This document shows, piece by piece, positions 13,310-25,200 of a DNA stretch of 64,000 nt. Position numbers and translations under genes: made by a program. Each line of letters starts with the position of its first letter. The stretch's first letter is position 1. A model generated the notes under the pieces. The model did not search any database, had not been told where the DNA came from, and saw only the letters and a list, made by a program, of their open reading frames with translations. Origin of the DNA: Glycera tridactyla. Its lineage: Eukaryota. The stretch spans positions 51,212,001 to 51,276,000 of the forward strand of contig OZ286465.1 in the NCBI GenBank assembly GCA_965644265.1. Reading direction: 5' to 3'.

Positions 13310-16300
13310 ATCTGACAATCATCGTCCCCCCCCCCCTTTGCTGATAAAGACTGTAGGGACAGGGCGCACTCCCGGGTTCTCCCATCTCTCATAATATGTG
13401 CTCTTCCAACGAAGTCCTTCGTGCAATCCGATCAGTTCGAAAAATGCGTATAGTTTATTGGTCCTCACTTATTAAATCACTTGACTAGGGTGCGGGGGGG
13501 GGGGGGGGGGGTATCGGTCCCCAGGAGAGTTAGATCCTCTCTCGTAGTAGTGAGGGCTGGGAGGGGGGTGGTAAAAAAATGGAACAATATGTTGATGTTC
13601 GCACGTTATATGTAGTCATGTGTATTTCCCGGCTTGCCTGCATGTGCATTAACGACCATGCACAAATTACCTGCCAATATCGCCGTTATTCGGGATTGTG
13701 GACATATCGTGTTTATGCACGTGCGCGCGCGTGTGTGTGCCTGTGTCCATGCGTAAATGTGCATGTGNNNNNNNNNNNNNNNNNNNNNNNNNNNNNNNNN
13801 NNNNNNNNNNNNNNNNNNNNNNNNNNNNNNNNNNNNNNNNNNNNNNNNNNNNNNNNNNNNNNNNNNNNNNNNNNNNNNNNNNNNNNNNNNNNNNNNNNNN
13901 NNNNNNNNNNNNNNNNNNNNNNNNNNNNNNNNNNNNNNNNNNNNNNNNNNNNNNNNNNNNNNNNNNNNTTGGCTTACATATCAAAATGCTTAAACATATC
14001 TCTTCACTGATTCATCTCAAAAGTGATGTTACATCTGGATAAGAACAGTTATCACGATGTACGATATTTCATATGTGTGCAATCAAGTGCTACGAATTTC
14101 AAGTGAAATCAGCCAGTAATGTCGCCAGAAACCCTATGTTAGGTCTCAGATCTTTCGCCCATGTCATGTTCCGGCTGGGACGCCGTTCCCTCTCCCTGTA
14201 ATTTCGTGTTAAAGTAACCCTAACAGTGTATGCTTGAATTCGTGTCAAGTGGCAATATCATAGAAGAAATCCCTAGGACAACTCATGTGCTTGACATTTT
14301 TCATCAGTAACATGTTTAAACTATGAATCTGATGCATTTCCTTGTACATATACTGCACTTTGCTCAAAATACAGGCACCGATATTAGCCTTGAGTGTCTG
14401 CCTCTAGCCACTCACATAGCTGAATATGTCACTGGTGGGTTCATCCGGTTCCATATAAGTCATGTTGAGATAAGTTTGAGTTACAGCCAGTGACATAGTT
14501 GGATATACAATCATTATCGTCAACATTCATTTGTTGCATGTGTTAAGATGTGTCTGAACTGTCGGCTACTTTCCGCTAAATCTGTCTGGTTCCCCACCAT
14601 CTCGTATTCGGAGTCTGTGAGAGTGGACCCATTCAATACGCTATGTGGTGACATTCAATATGCTGTGTGGAAACATCAGGGCTTTTGGGTCTATTGGGTC
14701 TTTTCTTAGGTGTCAGCCAATGTCTTCCATTTGTATTGACAATCGGGGGAGGGGGTACATGGGTGATTGTTTCTTTCAGACAAGCCTCATATACATTGAA
14801 ATCACACTGTGATCGCAATCATGTGGCAAAGCTACTGAAATAATAAGTGCCCTAGTTTATTTAGCGACTGCCAGTTGTTTAGGGCAACAGGGGATCTGTC
14901 TCGGTGTGCAGATGATAGATTACCTGTCTCGGTTTTATCAAGTCACTTGCATAAATAGGATGTCAATGGCTAGTCCTCTTCACGGTAATTCAGGGCAAAA
15001 TGCCAGTGAGATTTGTAAACCTGCTCCCCGTAAACCAACGTTTGATCTTAAGAAAACACCGTTCACTACACTAAGCTATTTTGAATGTTTCAACTGTAAA
15101 TTGAATCATTTTCACGTCCGGCCTGTTAAGCCCCTTGTTGCACATTTTGATAGAAATACGGAGCTATTCACTGTGATGGAGTACATGAAATACAATTTTG
15201 TGAATGTAATGTAGAATAGGATTACTACTGTAGTCGTGAATGATGTAAAATTATGCCTTAAGCTTCTGCTATGGATTAAAAAAGTAATCTCGAATGATCT
15301 TCCATCAGATGGACATCTCAATATAGCCAAACGTTTGCTGACAAGTCGGGAAATAGCCAACCTCGCTGTAGCTTTGGGATGATTCTGCAATCCAGGCCGC
15401 ATTCGAAATATCATAGTCTCCGATTTCGGAAAACTATCCATGTCATCACATCAGAGATTTCACTATTCTGGACATACTTGAGTTGTGGACATTTTGTCTG
15501 AATATGTTTAGATAGCGAATGCTTCGCTAAGCCAGCAGCTGTCATCTATCACAACTTGCTCTCATCAAATTCTTTAGCTTATATACAGTAGTAATGCAAT
15601 TTTTCTTTGTATACACTCTTCATTTTCACTAACTCTGATGGTTATGGGCAGCCTATCATATCCAGTTGTTATGGGTACGTTTCAGTCATGAACTTTCAGT
15701 GATCATTGTCCCTGATTTCCGACAGTTTATCTGCCATTGAAGAAAATTCGTGTCGGTTTGATTGGATTTATGTGACATGAAATGATAGGGATACGACCAC
15801 ATCCCATTCCATGAAAACTGGGGGGGAATCGACATATCTGGCACGCTGATCACTGATCACATTTCTAGTCGCTGTAGGTGTCAACAGAGTCTTTCAGTGA
15901 GTTTCATTCCAGTCTGATGTATTATGGCGTGGATGAACAGGACAATTCGTCAGGTATTAGGCACAGTGTGCCCAACCGACATACTCCGAAGCAGAACTTC
16001 ATACTTGAGATGGATCTGAGTTGTAGATAGTTTTGGGGTTCCTCATCAAAGTTTTCAATACTGTAGTTTATCTTCCTGAATAGCCTCCTGAGACTCATTT
16101 TGCGACCAATTTATGTAAAATTGTATTCCAACCAACTGATTCCAGTACTTATTATTAGCAGTGATGCAAGTTTTCAGGAACTTTCCATAACCGTCACGAA
16201 ATTCGAAATCCAAAAGTCCCTGAAAACGGATCAGGTGCTTTTTGATGTATAGGGGGTAGTTTCAAGAAACTTGGTCAGGTATCGGGGAATTCTGTCTTAG

Positions 16301-16659
16301 TGCACTTGCATCACTGATTAAGCGGCCGGTCTCACTGCAATTGTAATCAGCCGGTGAACTGGATGAATGCATGTTTAGTATGAAAGAGCAATCACAGGCA
16401 TGGGTGTGAGGAAAGTAAACAGAGCCAGCCACCGACATAATGTTTCACCTGTGGCAGTAAGTCATCAAATTATGAATAATGATTGTGCTTTCAATGTTCT
16501 TCAAGGGTTGTACATAATGTGGTCTGCTTTTCGCGAAACAGTAGTTGGCTATTGTTATGATGCTTTCTATTAGTGAGAAATGACTGCATGGAACGAGAAC
16601 TCACGCACTCCTGCTTACTCGTTCGATTTCAGGGAATGTTTGTGCGAATGTGTTTGCAC

Positions 16660-16854
16660 GTGTCTTCTTGTGTGTTAGTGTGTGTTTGTCTGTATGTGTG
16701 TGCATGTGTGTGTAGATATGCGTGTGTGCATGTATGGGTATGTATGCGTGTGTATATATATGTATATTTGTTTGTGTGTTTGTGTGTGTGTAGGTATGTG
16801 TGTGTGTGCGTGTGTGTATATGTATGTGTGGGTATGTATGCTTGTGTATATATA

Positions 16855-16901
<47 letters not shown>

Positions 16902-16910
16902 ATGTGTGTG
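16660..16910. repeat. Imperfect (TG/TA)n microsatellite
   Basis: Compound gt/at dinucleotide tract that explains the spurious ORFs here. Confidence 0.9.
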
Positions 16911-17514
16911 GCTGCTGAAATACCTTACAAAGACTAGTCGCGCTTACTGTGTAGTCATCAACGCAATTCTGAGTCACCAAATATTGAGATTATTCTCAGT
17001 TTTTCTACAATGTGTGATATATACCTTGTATTATAGATGCTAAGTGATAGGAATGTGTACTGGAGAGATGGACTAAGTCTATTTTTATATAAATCCTGCT
17101 ACCCAGTCGAATACGTTCTCGGGGTGAATATCAGCCTGTTTTAAAAATAAATGATGATATGAAATACTCTGGCCTATGAGTTTTGAAATCCTCACCCATG
17201 AGACACTTAGGCCTAGATACTTGCATTTTTAGGGTGATGTCACTCTGCAAAATCGATAAGTTCCATATTACTCACAGGAAGTTTGGTTGAAAACTTTCGG
17301 CCATGTGATCTTTCTTCAGCCATGACCGTTTGAGATTGTTGTACTGTCACCCGACCTAGTTCAGATCATGCGACAGGTGTTGTAGCTTCTTATTGATGGT
17401 TGGAAGGGTGTGTCTGTCCTAGTTCATCTATCATCTAGTTCATCTATCATGGGCCCTACTTATGATAAGACGATGCTGCCTTTGAAGCAATTGTCTTTTG
17501 ACCTATGCTAACTT

Positions 17515-17680
17515 CACTCACTCCGTCAACTTCCGTCCGGTCCGACATGACAGCAGACTCTCCACACAACTCGATCCTGCATCAGGGTCATCAGTTCACT
17601 AGTCTTTGCCACACCTCCGTCCTCATTCAGGGTGTCTACCATGGTCTGGCTGGTTGTCCTTGACTTTTCCTCATCTTCTG
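17515..17680 (-). mobile_element. 3' end fragment of an RTE-type LINE
   Basis: Minus frame KSRTTSQTMVDTLNEDGGVAKTSELMTLMQDRVVWR matches the RTE ORF C-terminal pattern GRP..t..D.l..D.G......L...m.DR..WR. Confidence 0.6.
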
Positions 17681-17749
17681 TTTGATCTCATCTTCTGTCA
17701 GTCCAGGTTCAGTGCAAATGGTGGAGCAGTAGTCATGCGACATGTGAAG

Positions 17750-18432
17750 CACCCCAACTAATGCTGTAGAGATTGTTCTGAGGAGAATTATAGATATTGA
17801 TCCACGTGGGGTGCTTTGCGGAATACTCTGGTGAACTCGATGGTCGGGTGTGATGAATTTATGTTGGTGATGATATGTGCCAGTAAGGAATCATGCTAGT
17901 CTCAGAGCCACAACCAACCAACCAACCACATACCGAGAACAGAAATGTCACCTAGGGTGTCAGTGAATTTCACAAAGGAAGAGTCATGAATGACCCCACC
18001 CATACCCATTGCATGGGCATCACAATATAGCATGACTGGAGCTGAATTAGAAACAAGCAACAAGCAACCACATACCAGCCCTGGAGTCTTATTTCGAAAG
18101 GAAAGGCTTGGATGGCTTTCTTGAAATTGTTCCATGAATACATTGGCCATAATGGGACTCACAGGTGGGATCTTCGCACCCCTTCTACCTGCGCATAGAT
18201 GATGAATAAAAGTATGTTGTTTTGAGACAGATGGATAGTAAGTCTTGGGTCGGCCCTGGTAGGAGTGGTCCTACTGGGGAGGAATTGGTCTTATAGCTCA
18301 GCATGGATGTTATCCAGACTTTGATCAATAGGAGCATGTGCAAACAATGCAGGGATAATAGGAGCATGTGTAGACAATGCAGGGATGCCGGAGACAAGTA
18401 TCTCATCCTTCTTAACATATATGGATTTTTTA
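17750..18432 (-). mobile_element. Decayed Penelope/Poseidon-type PLE reverse transcriptase relic
   Basis: Minus-strand peptides in correct RT order, with stops and frameshifts: KKDEILVS, PALFAHAPIDQSLDNI, LLSICLKTTYF, SPIMANVFMEQF, KAIQAF, INSSHPTIEFT, RVFRKAPHVDQYL. Confidence 0.8.
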
Positions 18433-19752
18433 ACCAGATAATCACTGTTCTCAACGGCAAACTGGTTTCAACCCACTAATGGTGCAGGGATGTCTGCTAC
18501 CATGGAGGCCACCTGGTGTATTATCGACCATTGTAATGCCACAATCTGACATAGAGGGACCCCCTCTTTTTGTATTTTGGGGAGGCCATAGAATCAGGGG
18601 TTCAATGTTGTGGTTGAGTACAAAGGTTTGTACTGTGCATCTCATATGATAGTTCTAATCATAACATTGTAAATACTAGCACCGATATAGTTTTTTTACC
18701 AGATAATCACTGTTCTCAACGGCAAACTGGTTTCAACCCACTAATGGTGCAGGGATGTCTGCTACCATGGAGGCCACCTGGTGTATTATCGACCATTGTA
18801 ATGCCACAATCTGACATAGAGGGACCCCCTCTTTTTGTATTTTGGGGAGGCCATAGAATCAGGGGTTCAATGTTGTGGTTGAGTACAAAGGTTTGTACTG
18901 TGCATCTCATTTGATAGTTCTAATCATAACATTGTAAATACTAGCACCGATATAGTTTTTTTACCAGATAATCACTGTTCTCAACGGCAAACTGGTTTCA
19001 ACCCACTAATGGTGCAGGGATGTCTGCTACCATGGAGGCCACCTGGTGTATTATCGACCATTGTAATGCCACAATCTGACATAGAGGGACCCCCTCTTTT
19101 TGTATTTTGGGGAGGCCATAGAATCAGGGGTTCAATGTTGTGGTTGAGTACAAAGGTTTGTACTGTGCATCTCATATGATAGTTCTAATCATAACATTGT
19201 AAATACTAGCACCGATATAGTTTTTTTACCAGATAATCACTGTTCTCAACGGCAAACTGGTTTCAACCCACTAATGGTGCAGGGATGTCTGCTACCATGG
19301 AGGCCACCTGGTGTATTATCGACCATTGTAATGCCACAATCTGACATAGAGGGACCCCCTCTTTTTGTATTTTGGGGAGGCCATAGAATCAGGGGTTCAA
19401 TGTTGTGGTTGAGTACAAAGGTTTGTACTGTGCATCTCATTTGATAGTTCTAATCATAACATTGTAAATACTAGCACCGATATAGTTTTTTTACCAGATA
19501 ATCACTGTTCTCAACGGCAAACTGGTTTCAACCCACTAATGGTGCAGGGATGTCTGCTACCATGGAGGCCACCTGGTGTATTATCGACCATTGTAATGCC
19601 ACAATCTGACATAGAGGGACCCCCTCTTTTTGTATTTTGGGGAGGCCATAGAATCAGGGGTTCAATGTTGTGGTTGAGTACAAAGGTTTGTACTGTGCAT
19701 CTCATTTGATAGTTCTAATCATAACATTGTAAATACTAGCACCGATATAGTT
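18433..19752. repeat. Tandem array of 5 x 265-bp units derived from PLE RT coding sequence
   Basis: accagataatcactgttctc recurs at 18433, 18698, 18963, 19228 and 19493. Minus translation of the unit gives YKPLYSTTTLNP*FYGLPKIQKEGVPLCQIV...PLVG*NQFAVENS. Confidence 0.93.
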
Positions 19753-20257
19753 GTCCTTATGTTTCGTACATAGGCTTATTAAAACAGCGGACAATATGGC
19801 GTACTAAACCAGGGAACCATGAAGAAAATTGTTCTGACTTGGGATACTCCATGGCCGTTCGTTTGACTCTCTGAAACGCGAGCATCCTGATCTTACAGCT
19901 TTGCTCATTGCGTAAATACCTGGAGCACAGATTTTGAATGAGGAGAATATACAATAAGGAAATCACGTAATCGGCAAACCACAAAACATCAAACACCGTG
20001 TATGAAACATCTTCTGGACAGACCACGTTCATAGGGGCCACATCTCAGCACAGTTTACAGATATTGAGTGAGTGAGTCATACTCTGCTGGTTGATATCCC
20101 GACTCTGACGTCTCTACTTTACAACATAATCAGTTCACTTCAGAATGTAGAATGGTTGGTTTGTGTTGAATACCTATTGTGGCCACCTTCATCAAATCCA
20201 CTCAGTTCATGTTCACTGCCTAAAATAGGGATCAAAACTCATCATCTCCGTCTATGT

Positions 20258-22214
20258 CCACAAGAATCCTCATCAATTCCTTTGACTTCATTTGCCTCCA
20301 CAGTGGTGGGTATTACTACACTCAACTCGACAGAACGTGAATATTTAATTTCTTATAGAAATTCTTATGTGTTTCTCATAGAATACTGCTGATATTCATG
20401 TTTCCATCAATTTATTATTCGTCATTTAGATTTTGGTGGATTGGTTGGTTATTTTACATTCTCTGAGCACCATCTGGTCTATATCTGAATGGACGTGTAA
20501 TGAACATGTGTAGAATCATTGAAAACTTCTCTTTTCTAAGTCTCCTGAAGAAAGGTAAAATTTATGACATTTTTCATTACTGTTAGAAGCCATGTGTATT
20601 TCCATAGTGTATCTTGAGTGCCACATTGATACCATAGCTAGTTCAGCAATACACATTATTTGCATTCACTTTCACATTTTCATGATTATTTCGAATAGGA
20701 AAAAGCCCAAATCGCATAACTGTCTTGTTTACATCCCAAGATGAATTATTTCATTCATGCATTTCAATTCACCCCTCCCCCACAAGCCTTCATGATCAGC
20801 AGTTCTGGTTGGCTTTCTCCAAGACATGTATCACCCAAACAGCAATCATCAACATCACACATCACACATAATATCTTCATCACTGCTTGAACCATCATCA
20901 GTATATTAGGCCATCATGACCAGAGGATCATGTGTCATATCAGCGGTAGGTCACCCCGTCACCACCTATTCAGTGCTGCAGCTGCCAGCCTGGTGCCACA
21001 AATTATGGATTTTATCATGATACCCTTTCATCATCATGCCACCATAATGTATGATGTCCTTGCCATCATGCAGCAGATACGGGAAATGACACATCAAGTC
21101 TTCGTGAATTTAGTTAATTTTCACCTTCTGAGGGGGACCTGGAAGAAAGAGCTTCCAATGATCCCACCCAATCCCATTGTATGGGCGTCACAATGTAACA
21201 TGTATGGCGATGATGTGACATTAAACCAGAACCAACCACAAGAATCCTCATCAATTCCTTTGACTTCATTTGCCTCCACAGTGGTGGGTATTACTACACT
21301 CAACTCGACAGAACGTGAATATTTAATTTCTTATAGAAATTCTTATGGGTTTCTCATAGAATACTGCTGATATTCATGTTTCCATCAATTTATTATTCGT
21401 CATTTAGATTTTGGTGGATTGGTTGGTTATTTTACATTCTCTGAGCGCCATCTGGTCTATATCTGAATGGACGTGTAATGAACATGTGTAGAATCATTGA
21501 AAACTTCTCTTTTCTAAGTCTCCTGAAGAAAGGTAAAATTTATGACATTTTTCATTACTGTTAGAAGCCATGTGTATTTCCATAGTGTATCTTGAGTGCC
21601 ACATTGATACCATAGCTAGTTCAGCAATACACATTATTTGCATTCACTTTCACATTTTCATGATTATTTCGAATAGGAAAAAGCCCAAATCGCATAACTG
21701 TCTTGTTTACATCCCAAGATGAATTATTTCATTCATGCATTTCAATTCACCCCTCCCCCACAAGCCTTCATGATCAGCAGTTCTGGTTGGCTTTCTCCAA
21801 GACATGTATCACCCAAACAGCAATCATCAACATCACACATCACACATAATATCTTCATCACTGCTTGAACCATCATCAGTATATTAGGCCATCATGACCA
21901 GAGGATCATGTGTCATATCAGCGGTAGGTCACCCCGTCACCACCTATTCAGTGCTGCAGCTGCCAGCTGGTGCCACAAATTATGGATTTTATCATGATAC
22001 CCTTTCATCATCATGCCACCATAATGTATGATGTCCTTGCCATCATGCAGCAGATACGGGAAATGACACATCAAGTCTTCGTGAATTTAGTTAATTTTCA
22101 CCTTCTGAGGGGGACTTGGAAGAAAGAGCTTCCAATGATCCCACCCAATCCCATTGTATGGGCGTCACAATGTAACATGTATGGCGATGATGTGACATTA
22201 AACCAGAACCAACC
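20258..22214. repeat. Near-identical 978-bp tandem duplication in the 3' flank of SLC17 copy 1
   Basis: ccacaagaatcctcatcaattcc at 20258 and 21236; atgtgtcatatc at 20930 and 21908. Only ~4 differences spotted by eye. Confidence 0.92.
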
Positions 22215-22296
22215 AACCAATCAACTATGATGCCACCATGCTGGCCTGCTCGTCAAGTACAAACATTCTCTACTGGTGAAACATATGTTGGCTGGC

Positions 22297-25200
22297 TCAG
22301 GAATAGTGCTCCTTTGGGTCCTGCTGTTTCTGCTCTTCCTTTTGGTGAATCGATGATAGGGACATCTCCAGCTGGTCAAATTGCTCATAATCCTGTTTAG
22401 CCGCCCATGGCTGCAGTTCACCACTTCCGAAAATACCATAAAACAGGGCACCAAATGCAAACACGCCTCCACATATGAACCATACACGTGCCCACTCCTC
22501 GCGAATACCCTGAAAGAAACACCAGCATTCAGATCAGATGGCCACATGAAAATATAAATGTACTATATCATAATCTGTCAGAGGACCATTATTTCCATTA
22601 CCATTGAATCATCATTCAGATACAACACTGGAAGGGGGATATTTGCGGTATCAAGGATATTTTTTAAAGGGTGTGGCAATAATTCTGGCTGGGCTATATA
22701 CAAGACGACTGAAGTAGTCGTTGATTCAGAATCAGGTAGAATCTTTGATGGGCCTAGTATTGTCATAATAGCTGCTGGTGTTGGTGACCATTCTGGTGCT
22801 GATGAGAGGGAGGTGGTGATTGTGACGCTGGGGTTGGTAGTGATGTGATATTGTTGTTGGAGGTGGTGATGTTGATGGTATTTCCAGTAATTTGCTCCAT
22901 GGGAACTCGATAGTATGTACTTACAGTATGTGTGAGTGCCTTCACAACATAGGGGGCGACAATGCCCGGTACAGTTGCTATCGTGTTGGTTATTCCAAAC
23001 AGTACACCGGCGAATCTAGAAATAATCACATATGGTGTCAGTCTCATATCTAATGTGAACACCAATATAGAGAAAACATCACCACATCAGATATTGCTGA
23101 GAAAGAGGCGCCGATCATAATTATAATAACAACTACTTACTTTCACAAGAATATAGAGACTGTCTCAAATGCAGCTGCCACTCATTATGCATCTGCAACT
23201 AACATTATTCTCACTGGAGTAGTGAGAAGTCGGTCACTTTGATTTACCCTTTTGACATGCAACCAATAATTACGTCGAACCTCTCCTTCGACAGCTGTAA
23301 CACAACCTTCATATGTTCACACCAAACAGTTGGATCATGGGACCTAATTGACCGGTTCATCAATGGATATATTCAATTAATCATCATTGGGATAGGACAC
23401 AGTGTAACATTCTGTAGGCTTTTCATTCCAGTCGCCTCTGTCACTCAGTAGAGGCTGTCCGACTGTAACATTGGAATTGGCTCGAGATTTATGCTTTTAT
23501 TCACACCTGGAGACACTATGGTATGTTGAGTTGGCTGGATGGACTTTTATTACAAACAGAACCAAGAACTAACCTCAACCTGCGTGGATCAGGTGGGCTA
23601 CAGTGGCTTCCACATAAAGACTATCAGCAGGTGATATGACCAGTGGACCCGATGATTGCATTTCGAAAAATTCACAAAGACGAGATTGCTTCTCTCAAGT
23701 GCTTAGTGTGATATTCAGTGGACATTATGTCATTCCATTTGAGATAAATCTGTTTACCAACCTTGGTGCGATATCAACATGATTGACCATGTAGCCACTG
23801 CGACTTCCGGAGGTGAATCCCACTGAAAGACACATGAATAGCACTGCTAGGTAGCGCTGCTCACACTTCACGTATCCTGCAGCAATGATGAAAGTAGCCT
23901 GGCCAAGGAAGCCTGTAAACAATAAGTTAATGTCCTGATTGAAATCAGCTATATAGGTCATAGTATCCACCTGGATGGAGCGGAATCGTTTCCTTTCACT
24001 TGCATGAAAGCACAATATGTTCTACCTGTTTCTGATCACGGTTTGACATCAGAATTAGAATACAATGGGGAGGACAAAATGACAAGGTAGTCTTGGTTCA
24101 AGTTATATCACCTCGCTCGTCATGAAAAATCACTGAGAAGGTCATACCAAGTCTCATCCCAGTAAGATTCCACATCTCCATGTTTACGTTTGTGTGACCT
24201 TGACTAATCAGCCAACCAATCTGACTGCAATTTAGTCTATATTTAGGTAACTAGTACAGTTGAACAACTCAAATCTTTACTAACAAAAACACAAGAAAGG
24301 GGGGTATAGTCATACAAAACCAATAGAACCATAATGAAATGTGTGGATCTTAATCCACAGCCTGCCTGATGTAGCTGCAGTAATGCACTGCGGTGGACTG
24401 AGTCATCAAAACCTGCAGTATTATCAAATTTATCATCCGATCACGGGTCTAGTGGCTATTTTCACGCCTTCTTCACTCCCGCCTTGCTCCTGTGCTTTCA
24501 TTCGATAGCGTAAATCACGTGGACCATTACGGCTACTGGAAAGTTCACGTTAGTCAGTGATGCACGTTCGATTGTCGCGTCACGGCAATAAACAAACCCT
24601 ACTTTTCACTGCCGAGAGTAACACCGTGAGTAATGCCGTTGGTAAATTCACTCACTAATCATGATAAACTGCATTGGAAATGGATTCATCGGATGATAAG
24701 ATCAGAATGCTACTCATGACGGGTACAGAGAGGCTGTAAACGCCTCGCACCGATACCCGGGGACGCGCTCGTGGCCTGCGGCCACTTGCGCGTCCCCGGG
24801 GATCGCAACTCGGCGTTTACGGTCTCCACGTACCCGGCACATTCTTTCTATATACTGTATGCTTCAAAAGCACTCTCTTCACCAGATACTATTGACTAAT
24901 TTTCTCTGGTCGATTGTATAGTAACTAATTATCAGTCAAACATTATATAGACAATATTTCTGAGAATTCCTTCTTATCAGTCTCATGTGATCCAGCCTGG
25001 GTTGGGGGAAGAAACCGGTGAGCATACAATCACTAGCTCTATTGCTACAGTAAGAGGGAAATATCTGCAGGTTCTTACTAGTGATTTGGAATATTTTGCG
25101 CACTGTGGTAGTGGTGAGTTTGGTGTGACATCGGATGTAGTCAGCCAGTTGGCCTGCTAGAATGGTGAATACCAGCTGCAGAATATAGGGCAGTGCCGAT

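Noticed and set aside
18433-19752. Regular array considered as CRISPR-like or as five small genes (MRCTVQTF...)
   Set aside because: There are no unique spacers, and the units are explained as amplified PLE RT sequence.
22560-22900. Thr/Pro-rich open frames in the last intron, also similar at 44200-44700
   Set aside because: No compatible splice sites. The similarity is at the level expected of paralogous introns with trinucleotide low complexity.
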